This document shows positions 28,675 to 38,217 of a DNA stretch of 64,000 nt, piece by piece (positions within the stretch are counted from its first letter, which is position 1; the number at the start of each line of letters is the position of its first letter). The notes under the pieces are model-generated. The model ran no database searches. It was given only the letters and a program-made list of their open reading frames with translations, and was not told the DNA's origin. The DNA is from a virus (taxonomy: Duplodnaviria > Heunggongvirae > Uroviricota > Caudoviricetes): the IMG/VR virus record IMGVR_UViG_3300031998_000001, positions 45,064-109,063 of that record; one strand, 5' to 3'. Both the position numbers and the translations under genes were made by a program.

Positions 28675-29454
28675 ATGACTGAAAACGAATTTGCCCTGCT
28701 CTCCGAAGACCTGAAGCGTCTTGCAGCGAGTATGCCGCTTGAATGGGGGGAGATGCAGAATGACAATATGGACAACCTCACCGACATATTCAGGATAAAT
28801 TCCTACGGTGAACTTGAGCGTTTCGTAGCACCGTATGCAGACAGCACGAAGGACTACGCCAGACGGAGGTGGTATCTCTACAAGTGCTCCGAATGCGACA
28901 AGCACCTTATGGCTAACAACGGCAGTGCAACGCCAGTTTCTCTCGGCGGGAGCAGGAACAGCGGGCATAACATCACGATAGGCGGGTACGACTTCGGTAT
29001 GTACTGCACGGTTGTGCCGAGACTTTTTGCCGACAACCGCATAGAGAGCCTGCTTGCCCGTCAGGAGGATATAATCGACAGTTACTATGACAGGCAGAGC
29101 AAGGAGTCGCGCAACAAGATACAGAACAGGCTCTTCGTCATACACCATTCGCTCATAGACGGTAGCAGGGAGATGGTTTTGCGGAGCGCGTGGAATGCGA
29201 AGCGCGTGCTGTACAGGAAGTTCTGCGACAGCATATCCGACATACGCTTCTATGAGACGCACGGGGTTATTGCTGGAACGATATTCCTGATAGAGAGGGA
29301 ACTCGGCAAGGTCAAGGGTGTAATCTACGGACTTGATAATAAAAATAGCAAAGATAATGAAAGTGATTGTGATAGGCGACATACACGGTCGCAGGAACTG
29401 GAAGGAACTTATAGACACGAAGGCTCTGAATGTGTTTGTCGGGGACTATTTTGA
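28675..29454 (+). CDS. Putative restriction-endonuclease-fold protein with eroded catalytic motif
   Basis: YARRRWY…CTVVP…YYDRQSKESR…QNRLFVIHHS recalled from an R-M-associated family; acidic/Lys catalytic pair not evident. Confidence 0.45.
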   Translation: MTENEFALLSEDLKRLAASMPLEWGEMQNDNMDNLTDIFRINSYGELERFVAPYADSTKDYARRRWYLYKCSECDKHLMANNGSATPVSLGGSRNSGHNITIGGYDFGMYCTVVPRLFADNRIESLLARQEDIIDSYYDRQSKESRNKIQNRLFVIHHSLIDGSREMVLRSAWNAKRVLYRKFCDSISDIRFYETHGVIAGTIFLIERELGKVKGVIYGLDNKNSKDNESDCDRRHTRSQELEGTYRHEGSECVCRGLF

Positions 29455-30100
29455 CCCGTATGACGACATATCGTTCTCGGAGCAGGCGGACAACTTCAAG
29501 GAGATTGTTGCGCTCAAGTATTCGCGCCCAGACAACTTCGTGCTGTTATACGGCAACCACGATGCCCACTACTTTATGAGGGGTGAGCGTTCGAGCAGGT
29601 ACAATGATGCCCACGCGCAGGAGACGAAGGACTTGTTCGAGTCGAGCAAGGCGTTGTTCTACGGGGTTGCATTTGCGCCAGACAACGGGCATCTTATTTC
29701 CCACGCTGGCGTTACGAGGCAGTGGGCGTACTTCAGGCTCGGATACAAGGACGGCACTCCCGTCCCGTCACCGAAGGAACTCGAAGTTATGGTGAACAGG
29801 CTGTGGAACACCGACAGGGGCGCGTTCTCGTTTATGAACAATGCGCAGGACTGGTACGACTGCTACGGCACATCGAGTTCGCACAGCCCGATTTGGGTGC
29901 GTGACGAAACCCTTGTGAACAATGCGATAAACAACGGCTGCGGGTGGATACAGGTCGTGGGGCATACCCAGCACCCGAAGGTCGAAAGATGGCAGGACTG
30001 CGTATTCGTTGACTGTCTCGGCTTCTCGACGGATGCCTATGTGTTTGAAACGGAAAGTTTAACTGAAAATACCGATAGCGATGGCAAGGACAACAAGTAA
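29357..30100 (+). CDS. Metallophosphoesterase (intact motifs)
   Basis: GDIHG, GDYFD, GNHD, SHAG, GHT. Confidence 0.88.
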   Translation: MKVIVIGDIHGRRNWKELIDTKALNVFVGDYFDPYDDISFSEQADNFKEIVALKYSRPDNFVLLYGNHDAHYFMRGERSSRYNDAHAQETKDLFESSKALFYGVAFAPDNGHLISHAGVTRQWAYFRLGYKDGTPVPSPKELEVMVNRLWNTDRGAFSFMNNAQDWYDCYGTSSSHSPIWVRDETLVNNAINNGCGWIQVVGHTQHPKVERWQDCVFVDCLGFSTDAYVFETESLTENTDSDGKDNK

Positions 30101-30776
30101 AAAGACGAGCAAGGGCAAGGGGAGCGAAAAGCGTTACCTTGTCGAAGTGAACAGGGAGCAACTGTGGGTTCTCGAAAATATGACGGAGATTATGATGCGC
30201 CTCATCTGCGGGCAACTCGACATTGCCCTGACGAACATCTTTATGAAGGCGTATGAAAAGAACTTCCCGACACAGGCGAGGGACGCTGACGGAAAGTTGA
30301 CGCAGGCGTACTGGGACAAGCGCGATACGCTGACCGTCCATATAAACGAGTTCAGGCGCGAATACTGGAACTGCGTGAGCCAATACTTCGGAGTGAACTA
30401 TGACAACGAAGCGGACATACTTTATGATATGCATCAGGTCATACGCAAGTTCCGCTACGACCACCTGTTCACCAAGAAGGAGCAGGATGAGATGAAATAT
30501 ACGGTTATGGCTAACACCCCGCTTTCATTCGGGAGCGAGCCTCTCATCCGCATATTCGAGCGTACTGGCTTCGACAAGGACAAGTTCATCGGCGAGGCGG
30601 TGAAGTTCGTCAAGACGATAACGGACAAGTGCGACATCATATTCAGGAAGTCTGGCGAGAAGGTCAACGGGAAGATACTCGTGGACGACTTCAAGCGTCT
30701 GCTCGGTGAAATCGACTGCGGTGAACTCTCGAAAGCCGATATGGAGGCGAGCGAGGGGAATATAAATAATAAGTAA
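30081..30776 (+). CDS. Hypothetical protein
   Basis: 231-aa ORF in operon. Confidence 0.7.
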   Translation: MARTTSKKTSKGKGSEKRYLVEVNREQLWVLENMTEIMMRLICGQLDIALTNIFMKAYEKNFPTQARDADGKLTQAYWDKRDTLTVHINEFRREYWNCVSQYFGVNYDNEADILYDMHQVIRKFRYDHLFTKKEQDEMKYTVMANTPLSFGSEPLIRIFERTGFDKDKFIGEAVKFVKTITDKCDIIFRKSGEKVNGKILVDDFKRLLGEIDCGELSKADMEASEGNINNK

Positions 30777-30787
30777 AATTTAACATT

Positions 30788-31258
30788 ATGTCATATAATT
30801 TTTTAGATGATTTGAAAAAGGCGGGTTTCTATGAGATTTTCGGAAACCCGAAGTTCTATGCCGCCTGCAACGGCAACGGCTGTAACTGCCACAGCAACAA
30901 TGAAAGCAATGAAGCACCAGAACCAGACGACTTCTACGAGGACGGCGGGGACTGGCGTGCGCAGGTGAAGGACGGCGAGTTCTTTCTGCACGCGATAGCG
31001 ACTGGAAACGAAAAGGAGGACTGCATCGTGAAGGTCAACAAGGACAAGGGCGTGCTTGTCGTCAAGAACAGGATTGACGACGACATACTCAATGACGATG
31101 ATTTCTGGTTCATACACAGCATAGACATCCGTGTAAGGCTTCCGAAGCACATAGACTACAAGTCGTTCCGCAAGGAGGTCGAGAACGGTGTGCTTATCGT
31201 GACGGCTGACATCGTGAAGCCAGCCGAGAAGAAGGATGAGGAGATTACGGTCGAGTAG
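30788..31258 (+). CDS. Small heat-shock protein (Hsp20/alpha-crystallin domain)
   Basis: IRVRLPKHID…KEVENGVLIVTAD…KKDEEITVE; TATAAATA at 30761..30768. Confidence 0.8.
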   Translation: MSYNFLDDLKKAGFYEIFGNPKFYAACNGNGCNCHSNNESNEAPEPDDFYEDGGDWRAQVKDGEFFLHAIATGNEKEDCIVKVNKDKGVLVVKNRIDDDILNDDDFWFIHSIDIRVRLPKHIDYKSFRKEVENGVLIVTADIVKPAEKKDEEITVE

Positions 31259-31277
31259 CAGTGCTTTCCGTGCGATA

Positions 31278-31297
31278 TATAAATAAGTTATATATAA
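31278..31297 (+). promoter_or_regulatory. T4-type late promoter, extended form
   Basis: TATAAATAAGTTATATATAA at the head of the tagged-gene cluster. Confidence 0.75.
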
Positions 31298-31308
31298 GCA
31301 TATTTGAT

Positions 31309-31656
31309 ATGGTAAGTAGATACGGTGAATTTAGGGATAGCGGGTGCTTTGTTTCAGAGCCGTGCTATATTTCCCAAGTTGTCGAGAACAAGGCGCACGC
31401 CATACTTGTCTATTATGACAGGTACGAAACCGCGATGGCTTTCGGGTATGACGATATATCCGAACTTGCATCCGAGTGGAGCAAGAAAGCCCCAGAGATA
31501 ACCACGAATCGTGGCACAAGGCTGTCGTTTGAAGAAATGTACGGGCGTGAACTGGAGGACATTGATGCCCTTATGACTGGTGAGTCGTATTCGTTCCTGC
31601 CTCCTGCTGCGAACGGTCTGCCAAGGAAAAGAATAATCGTTCTTAAAATCAAATGA
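31309..31656 (+). CDS. CTS-like tagged protein
   Basis: N-terminus MVSRYGEFRD. Confidence 0.6.
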   Translation: MVSRYGEFRDSGCFVSEPCYISQVVENKAHAILVYYDRYETAMAFGYDDISELASEWSKKAPEITTNRGTRLSFEEMYGRELEDIDALMTGESYSFLPPAANGLPRKRIIVLKIK

Positions 31657-31684
31657 AGTCGGAAGAATAATATAAGGTCGAGAT

Positions 31685-32296
31685 ATGGTACACATTAAAC
31701 GGTTGGACGAAATGATGACACCGAATGTAACTGGTGGTGTAGCAAATATTGATGAGATTGTCAGGAAATATAATCTCAAATACAATGAAGATACAGGTCG
31801 CTATGATTGTAACGGTAATGTAGATGTCGTTAGTGCAAAGGATGATTTGGTTGCAAATGGAAGATTTGTCATTCCGTTTGGTGTCGTTAGCGGAAATTTC
31901 TATTGCCAGCACATTCGTCTTGAATCCCTTAATGGTGCGCCAACGGAAGTCGGCGGTACTTTCTACTGCCAGTATAATAGGTTCAGTACGCTCGAAGGCG
32001 CACCAAGTAAGGTTGGTAGAGATTTTATCTGTGCATATAATTATTATCTTACATCAATCAAGGGTGCGCCAGCGGAAGTCGGCGGAGATTTTTTTTGTAG
32101 CCATTGCAAAATAGAATCGCTCGAAGGCGCACCGAGAAAAGTCGGTGGTGATTTTGAATGTTGCGATAATCATTTGACATCGCTCGAAGGCGCACCGCAG
32201 GAAGTGGGCGGTGAATTTGATTGTAGGGGTAATAAACTTATTTCCCTTGATGGTGCACCCGAAAAGGTTGGTAGTATGCTTTCTGATTTTGATTAA
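31685..32296 (+). CDS. CTS-like tagged 21-aa LRR-like repeat protein
   Basis: MVHIKRLDEM tag; 5-6 repeats LxSLEGAPxxVGGxFxCxxN. Confidence 0.85.
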   Translation: MVHIKRLDEMMTPNVTGGVANIDEIVRKYNLKYNEDTGRYDCNGNVDVVSAKDDLVANGRFVIPFGVVSGNFYCQHIRLESLNGAPTEVGGTFYCQYNRFSTLEGAPSKVGRDFICAYNYYLTSIKGAPAEVGGDFFCSHCKIESLEGAPRKVGGDFECCDNHLTSLEGAPQEVGGEFDCRGNKLISLDGAPEKVGSMLSDFD

Positions 32297-32309
32297 GGAT
32301 TTTTGGCTT

Positions 32310-32645
32310 ATGCGCATATTCAGGTTCATACGGGCTTTGTTCAGGCATATTTTTGCGGGGCGCGAGAATGTATATTTCGCCGAGTACATCGAGAGGCTTC
32401 GCACCTGCAACAAGTGCGAGCATATCGACAAGCGCAAATACACCTGCGGTGTCTGCGGTTGCAAGATGGATGTCAAGTGCAAGTGGGCGGACAGCGAGTG
32501 TGCGATAGGCAGGTGGAAGGTCGTATCGGACGATAAGCCCGCGAAGACTTCACTCCCGACCTGTTCGGATTGCGCCAAGTATTCCGCCTGTGCGTTGAGT
32601 CTCGGCTCTCACGATGTAATATGCGAGAACTATGAGAGTAAATAA
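32310..32645 (+). CDS. Small Cys-rich (zinc-binding) protein
   Basis: RLRTCNKC…CGVCGC…CAIGRW plus CSDC…C…C. Confidence 0.65.
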   Translation: MRIFRFIRALFRHIFAGRENVYFAEYIERLRTCNKCEHIDKRKYTCGVCGCKMDVKCKWADSECAIGRWKVVSDDKPAKTSLPTCSDCAKYSACALSLGSHDVICENYESK

Positions 32646-32663
32646 TATATATCTTATTGTAGG

Positions 32664-33281
32664 ATGGTAAAGAAATTCAGTGAGTTTATAGCCGAGTCGT
32701 CGCTTCCAGACTATGAGGCGTTGCCTTACAATCCGAAAGGCACGGGCGAGGACTTCTACAAATATGTGTACGGGCTTTTCCCGAAGGAGTGGAGGACGCT
32801 GGAGGAAACGGAGGTCGGCACGATATGGGTGCATAGCGACATAACATCGCCCATAACGAAGAAGGTCATTGTTGATGCCAGCGAGGGCAATGTCTATCAT
32901 TATTTCAGGAAGGCGAGCGACGGCACTTGGGATGAGTTCGAGAAGCGCGATATGTCGCGCGACAGCAACGAGCCAGTGGAGCACGGTGTCGTTGTCACCA
33001 ACAATGACATTATGGACGCAAGCGGCAGGTATCTCGGCTTGTACGCGCCAGCATACGACAGGAACGGAAACCTCGTATGCTACCCCACGACAGGGAAGGA
33101 CAGGAGCGGCTTGTATGTTATGAAGGGCATACGCCCGATATTGTTTTCCGAACTTTGGAACGACTGTGGCGAGGAACTTCGCGCCGAGTCAAACGGCAGG
33201 CGGGGTACAGTGTGCCTTTACGATGGGCACGGGCACAAGTGGGTTGCACGCGACTGTGACGAGTTAAGGAGGTTCATATAA
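32664..33281 (+). CDS. CTS-like tagged protein
   Basis: MVKKFSEFIAE, the closest match to T4 MKTYQEFIAE. Confidence 0.75.
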   Translation: MVKKFSEFIAESSLPDYEALPYNPKGTGEDFYKYVYGLFPKEWRTLEETEVGTIWVHSDITSPITKKVIVDASEGNVYHYFRKASDGTWDEFEKRDMSRDSNEPVEHGVVVTNNDIMDASGRYLGLYAPAYDRNGNLVCYPTTGKDRSGLYVMKGIRPILFSELWNDCGEELRAESNGRRGTVCLYDGHGHKWVARDCDELRRFI

Positions 33282-33300
33282 AATATATAATGTTGGAATT

Positions 33301-33750
33301 ATGATAAAGAGATTTGAAGACTTTGAAAATATAGATGATGTTACCGCTGGTGCAAAGGTCGTAACCCGCGAAGGGGAACTTAAGGACATACTTCCCGTTC
33401 TCGCTGGATGCCTTGACGAGATATCAAGGTTGTCTGGGTGGTTCGGCTCACCAGAGATGGTTGCGAAGTGCAAGGTTGATGGCGATACTGCATATTATGA
33501 AATGGAGTCGAAGACCCAATGGGCTAATGACGGTTATCTTTTGCTATATATGATGCCACAGACATTTACTCCGTACCTGCTGTTCGGTTTCTCGGAGAAT
33601 GATGTCGATTTGCATCATTTGAAAATCAGCGACCTGTCGTTCAGCATCAAGGATGTCGAACACAAGTTTGCGGTCACGAGCAGGATAAGGAGGATTGACC
33701 CGACGGATGGTGTCAATAGGTTGATTGCGAAGGTTCGGGTGCATAATTAA
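33301..33750 (+). CDS. CTS-like tagged protein, paralog of 33903..34400
   Basis: MIKRFEDFE; CKVDGDTAYYE vs CKVENGIAYYE. Confidence 0.7.
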   Translation: MIKRFEDFENIDDVTAGAKVVTREGELKDILPVLAGCLDEISRLSGWFGSPEMVAKCKVDGDTAYYEMESKTQWANDGYLLLYMMPQTFTPYLLFGFSENDVDLHHLKISDLSFSIKDVEHKFAVTSRIRRIDPTDGVNRLIAKVRVHN

Positions 33751-33791
33751 ACACGGCTACTTGTATTTTTTTTACTTTTTAGTTTTGTCTC

Positions 33792-33824
33792 AAGGTCGGG
33801 AATCCCAAGCCCGACCTTCTTTTT
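33792..33824 (+). terminator. Intrinsic terminator
   Basis: AAGGTCGGG…CCCGACCTT followed by T run. Confidence 0.8.
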
Positions 33825-33877
33825 CTGAAATCATTATAAATAGCCAATATATTAGTGTCGGAGAGAATTTATAAATA
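33825..33877 (+). promoter_or_regulatory. Bipartite CTGAAA motif with nested TATAAATA, plus second TATAAATA at 33870
   Basis: CTGAAA-TCATTATAAATAGC-CAATATATTAG; TATAAATAAGTTATAT at 33870. Confidence 0.7.
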
Positions 33878-33902
33878 AGTTATATAGTATAAACATTTTA
33901 TT

Positions 33903-34400
33903 ATGGTTAAGAGATACAGCGAATTTATAACGGAAGGAAGGAGCGAATACATAATGTCGAGGCTCGCGCTCGGATTTGCCCTTGAAGTGAAGCGCAAGTC
34001 GGAGGACGGAAGTTTCGCCCGCGACTGCAAGGTCGAGAACGGCATAGCGTACTATGAGTACGACAGCATATATGAGCCAGACGCAATGACAAGGCACAAC
34101 GGGGATTTTGTCCTTATGGTTCTTCCAGACAACCAGAACCCCCAGTTCCTTGCTGGGTATGTGTCTCACGATATGCCCGTTGACAAGATAAGTTTCAGGA
34201 ATGTGAACGCGCTCGACCTCAATGACGGTGAACTCGCAGACCTCCGAAGCCGAGTGAGCGTCAATATGGCTGGCAACGGTGTGAGGATGCTTATCATAAA
34301 GGCTCGCATAGACGACGACAAGAGGACGGAAACACCTCCGATAAGGATTACTCCGACAAGGGCTTCTGGTCTTGCGCTACATAAACTTCCAGAATGGTAG
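33903..34400 (+). CDS. CTS-like tagged protein
   Basis: MVKRYSEFITE. Confidence 0.75.
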   Translation: MVKRYSEFITEGRSEYIMSRLALGFALEVKRKSEDGSFARDCKVENGIAYYEYDSIYEPDAMTRHNGDFVLMVLPDNQNPQFLAGYVSHDMPVDKISFRNVNALDLNDGELADLRSRVSVNMAGNGVRMLIIKARIDDDKRTETPPIRITPTRASGLALHKLPEW

Positions 34401-34466
34401 GAGAATAATTGCTTATGCTTCATATAGTACACATAAGGAAGAAATAGAATATATAATAGTACGGAT

Positions 34467-35147
34467 ATGATACACATCAAGAGATTAAATGAGATGGCTT
34501 CCCAGCAGGAAAGCCTCGATTTTCCAGAATATGCAAGGGAGAATGTCGCGTTCCGTATGGACAAGGCGATGTCGGGGTACTACAGGCTTCTTATGTATAG
34601 CCCCGAAGCGGAGAAGCGTCACTATGGCGGGCAGAGCGTATTCCTTTCGGACGACCCCGCAGCGGAGGATATGTTCGACTATGACATCGCAAGGGAGCAG
34701 TTCGAGGAATATCTCTCGGAGAAATTTGATGACCGCACCCTCAATGTGATAAACCGCGCAGTCGGAGAGTTCAACTACCAACTTTCGGACACACCGAAGG
34801 ATATGGGCGAGTACGACATAGAGGAACTCGTGTGCGAGTGCGAGAACTTGATTTTCGACAAGGTTGCTTCTGATGGTGAATATGATTATTGTGAACTTCA
34901 CTACTCTGGGCATAACCAGTATTACAACTACTATGACGGTGACTTTACGAAGAACTGCTCTGGGGAAATCTGGCATTATGACAGGCGCGGGGATTTTTAT
35001 GGCGAGAACAGCAACGGGGAAATCGACTTCGACCACCCGTTGAAGGGCTATGAACTCGAACGCGGACGCTCATACGCATTCATATACGACAGGGTTATAA
35101 ATTCCGATGCGAAGGTTGTCGGGCTTTATGACTTCTACAAGGAATAG
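34467..35147 (+). CDS. CTS-like tagged acidic protein
   Basis: MIHIKRLNEM. Confidence 0.75.
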   Translation: MIHIKRLNEMASQQESLDFPEYARENVAFRMDKAMSGYYRLLMYSPEAEKRHYGGQSVFLSDDPAAEDMFDYDIAREQFEEYLSEKFDDRTLNVINRAVGEFNYQLSDTPKDMGEYDIEELVCECENLIFDKVASDGEYDYCELHYSGHNQYYNYYDGDFTKNCSGEIWHYDRRGDFYGENSNGEIDFDHPLKGYELERGRSYAFIYDRVINSDAKVVGLYDFYKE

Positions 35148-35150
35148 GAT

Positions 35151-35402
35151 ATGCCAGTAAAGACCTTTGACGAATACACGGCAAGCGGTAAGGTCAATGA
35201 TGCTCCGTTTGTCGGTGCTTACTTCCGCGTTGACATAGTAGAGGTTGCGGGCAAGGAGACCGTTAGGATTGGGGAGATAGTCCAGATATTGCATTGCACC
35301 GATATTGACGGAGAGCCTGACGAGAACATTTGCGCTGGCACGGACTACAATGAGTTGCCTATAACGATTATGGGCGTGCTGTATGATATAAGGAAGAAAT
35401 AG
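35151..35402 (+). CDS. CTS-like tagged small protein
   Basis: MPVKTFDEYTAS. Confidence 0.7.
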   Translation: MPVKTFDEYTASGKVNDAPFVGAYFRVDIVEVAGKETVRIGEIVQILHCTDIDGEPDENICAGTDYNELPITIMGVLYDIRKK

Positions 35403-35420
35403 AATATATAATATAATAGT

Positions 35421-35885
35421 ATGGCTATGATACACATTAAGAGATTGAACGAGATGATGAACCAGAACGATGAGGTTCGGTTCGCAAACCCAGAGAACCA
35501 GATGCGCTTTGAGCGTTTTAAGGAGATTTGTGAGGAAGACGGGTGGAAACTCTATATCACTAATCAGAGAGGTGAAGCGTGCATAGATGTTTCCAAGTAT
35601 TCGGATGCTGGTCAGGACTTCACATTTACCATTTGTACAAAACCGGAAGACAGGAGTGACATATATTTCCACTCGCTTGTTGACGACTATGCCGAAGGAT
35701 ACGATGTCGATGACGAGGCTAAAATCTGGTGCGAGGGCACTGGCGAGTTTGATGACGACGGCAACGAGATACTTGTTGGCAAGAACGGTGCGCCCCACGA
35801 CTACGAGGATGTGGTTGCCGATATGCAGAATTGCCTCGACAATATGAAGAGCCTTGCCTTCAACTTGAAGAAGGAGAATATATAG
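35421..35885 (+). CDS. CTS-like tagged protein
   Basis: (MA)MIHIKRLNEM; body SKYSDAGQDF…GKNGAP. Confidence 0.75.
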   Translation: MAMIHIKRLNEMMNQNDEVRFANPENQMRFERFKEICEEDGWKLYITNQRGEACIDVSKYSDAGQDFTFTICTKPEDRSDIYFHSLVDDYAEGYDVDDEAKIWCEGTGEFDDDGNEILVGKNGAPHDYEDVVADMQNCLDNMKSLAFNLKKENI

Positions 35886-35894
35886 CATAGTGTT

Positions 35895-36476
35895 ATGCCA
35901 GTAAAGACTTTTGACGAATACACCGCAAGCCCGAAGGGGAAGAACGGGCGCATAGTGCTGTACCACGGCACGAAGTCCGCGTTCGACCGTTTCGACAGGC
36001 AGTTCGTGAACAGCGGCTGGGGAGAGCAGGCGTACGGCTACGGCTTCTACTTTACGGACGACTATGAGTGTGCGAGCCAGTACAGCCGCAACGGGAGCGT
36101 CATCCGCGTTTCCGTCCCTTCGGGGAAGTACCTTTCGTACAAGGGTATTTCCCGCGCGGAGGCAATGGCAGTCGCCCGCAAGTTCTTCAGGTATTACACG
36201 GAGGTCGATGACTACGGCAGGGAGGCGTATCCCGATGCCGAGTCGAGGCGCGAGTTCTGGGACGGTGAGTGCAAGTACCTCGCCGACTGCGAGGACGGAG
36301 GTGACATATACGGCACTGTCGCCTCTATGATGGGAAGCGACGAGGAGACGAGTTCGTTCCTCCGTTCGCTCGGCTATGTCGGGATAAAGTTCCCGGCAGA
36401 TGACGGAAGCACCGGGCGGGAGTTTACCAACTATGTGATATTCGATGAAAAGGACATTGAGATAATAAAAAAGTAA
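35895..36476 (+). CDS. CTS-like tagged ADP-ribosyltransferase-fold protein (ART-PolyVal-like)
   Basis: LYHGT…GYGFYFT…ASQY…GYVGI…NYVIFD; tag MPVKTFDEYTAS. Confidence 0.75.
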   Translation: MPVKTFDEYTASPKGKNGRIVLYHGTKSAFDRFDRQFVNSGWGEQAYGYGFYFTDDYECASQYSRNGSVIRVSVPSGKYLSYKGISRAEAMAVARKFFRYYTEVDDYGREAYPDAESRREFWDGECKYLADCEDGGDIYGTVASMMGSDEETSSFLRSLGYVGIKFPADDGSTGREFTNYVIFDEKDIEIIKK

Positions 36477-36480
36477 TGCT

Positions 36481-36843
36481 ATGGTACACATAAAGAGACT
36501 TAACGAAATGTTCGGGAATATTCGGAAGTATCTGAGTGATGATTCCGACTGGTTCTTTGGTGGCGAGGAAGGCGCAAACCGTTGGATGGATGCAGAAATG
36601 CGCAGAAAAAAGAATGCACGCTTGTTTGACTTGAACTGGAATGTACTTAAAGGCGTAACCGATGATGATATGGCGGTTATGTGCGGTTCGGACATTTCCG
36701 CTGCACGCTGGAAGGTAGCCAAGTGCATACGGCTCGGTATCGCTTTCGAGGACTTGCTTGCCGATGTGCGCTTTTGCAGGGGGTTGAATAAAAAGGAGGC
36801 TCTTGCCGTTGAAAGCAGGTTGAGAGATATGTTTGAAGAATAG
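36481..36843 (+). CDS. CTS-like tagged protein
   Basis: MVHIKRLNEM. Confidence 0.7.
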   Translation: MVHIKRLNEMFGNIRKYLSDDSDWFFGGEEGANRWMDAEMRRKKNARLFDLNWNVLKGVTDDDMAVMCGSDISAARWKVAKCIRLGIAFEDLLADVRFCRGLNKKEALAVESRLRDMFEE

Positions 36844-36867
36844 GTGTTATAATATAAACTTGAAATT

Positions 36868-37548
36868 ATGGCGCATATACTAAATTTCAATGATTTTATC
36901 GCGGAGTACCGCAGTGTCGGCGGAAACAGCGGATATGTCGGCTACTCGATGAGCGTCCGCGCGGCGGAAGCGAGGCGGGACGGGAAGTTTCCCAAGACCG
37001 ACTTCAAGCGCGAGTACGGGATGAGCGACAAGGTTCTGTCCGAACTTGTTTCGTTCGGCTACATCGACAACAGCGAATGGCATCATACGTCGAAGTTCGG
37101 GAATCGCACTACATTCTATTCTTTCTTGGACGAGCCGTACAGGGACTGCTGGCTGGAGCACTCGGACGAGATAAAGGCGTTAATCAGGAAAGGCGACGAC
37201 GAAGCCATCGTCGCGCTGTTTGACAATTATCGGGACGAAGCCCTCGCGGAGCACGAACGACGGATGAAAAAAATAGAGGACGAAAACGAGGAATATATGC
37301 GCTACAAGGACGAGTACCGCAAGGCGCACGACAAGTTTGACGACAGCGTTCCGTTCGTGGCTTCCAACGGATATACGGTCAAGGGCTATGAAACGGTCTA
37401 TAACCAAGACGGTGAGATTTGCACCAAGCGTCATTGCCGCAGCGGGCGCGACCTTGCCCGCTCGGAATACCTGAAAGCGAAGAACAAATGGACGGAGGGG
37501 CTGTTGACACCACAGGAGTATTTCGCACGGAAGGAGAAAAATGTTTAG
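36868..37548 (+). CDS. CTS-like tagged protein
   Basis: MAHILNFNDFIAE; body GYVGYSMSVRA…EWHHTSKF. Confidence 0.75.
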   Translation: MAHILNFNDFIAEYRSVGGNSGYVGYSMSVRAAEARRDGKFPKTDFKREYGMSDKVLSELVSFGYIDNSEWHHTSKFGNRTTFYSFLDEPYRDCWLEHSDEIKALIRKGDDEAIVALFDNYRDEALAEHERRMKKIEDENEEYMRYKDEYRKAHDKFDDSVPFVASNGYTVKGYETVYNQDGEICTKRHCRSGRDLARSEYLKAKNKWTEGLLTPQEYFARKEKNV

Positions 37549-37556
37549 CAACCCAT

Positions 37557-38183
37557 ATGATACACATTAAGAGAATAGACGAGATGGCAGGCGGCAAGCA
37601 GTACACCTGCATAGTCGAGAGCGACACGAAGGACATCGACAGGCTCTGGGCTGTCGCGGTATGCACGGAGAACGAGAGCGAATACAATGGACTCGCACAG
37701 TTGTCATACGACACGAGGGGCGAAATGTCGTTCGAGTTTAAGGGCGAGTGGGCTTCTGGCAGGGAGGAGATTGAGTGCTACGGTAAAACGCTCGACTACA
37801 AGAAGTTCAGGCGTATGTTCAATGACGACCTCAAAGGCTCGAAACGGCTTCACAGGTACACTATGAAGAACCCCGTCGGGGATATGTACGAGCACCACAT
37901 TTACGGGGACAGGGACAAGGGGGATGTAATCGAACTTTCCGACAGACCAGTCCTCGACGGGATAACCCGCCCGTATGTGCAGAGCGAGTGGGAGAGCGCG
38001 TGCGATAGGGAGATACGGGTTTTCGAGAGGAAGTTCGGGACTGAACTCTATCGGCTCGGTCGCGGTGGCAGGCACTTGTGCGTGGAGAACACCCGCGAAA
38101 ACCGCGTGCGTTTCTTGGAGATGCTCGAAGAACTTGACAGGGCACTGGACAGGACGCTCGAAGCATACAACAGAATGAAGTGA
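37557..38183 (+). CDS. CTS-like tagged protein
   Basis: True start MIHIKRIDEM at 37557 inside track ORF 37419..38183. Confidence 0.75.
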   Translation: MIHIKRIDEMAGGKQYTCIVESDTKDIDRLWAVAVCTENESEYNGLAQLSYDTRGEMSFEFKGEWASGREEIECYGKTLDYKKFRRMFNDDLKGSKRLHRYTMKNPVGDMYEHHIYGDRDKGDVIELSDRPVLDGITRPYVQSEWESACDREIRVFERKFGTELYRLGRGGRHLCVENTRENRVRFLEMLEELDRALDRTLEAYNRMK

Positions 38184-38217
38184 TATAAATAATAGGAATA
38201 ATATAAACTTTGATGCT

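Noticed and set aside
28669-29454. Functional phage-encoded restriction-modification system
   Set aside because: The methyltransferase lacks DPPY and an intact SAM motif, so it could not protect; kept only as a decoy hypothesis
35070-36890. 606-aa minus-strand ORF and other long antisense ORFs (2184..3284, 24470..25606, 37861..39024, 43305..44339)
   Set aside because: They shadow well-supported plus-strand genes, lack motifs, and are expected from the biased codon usage
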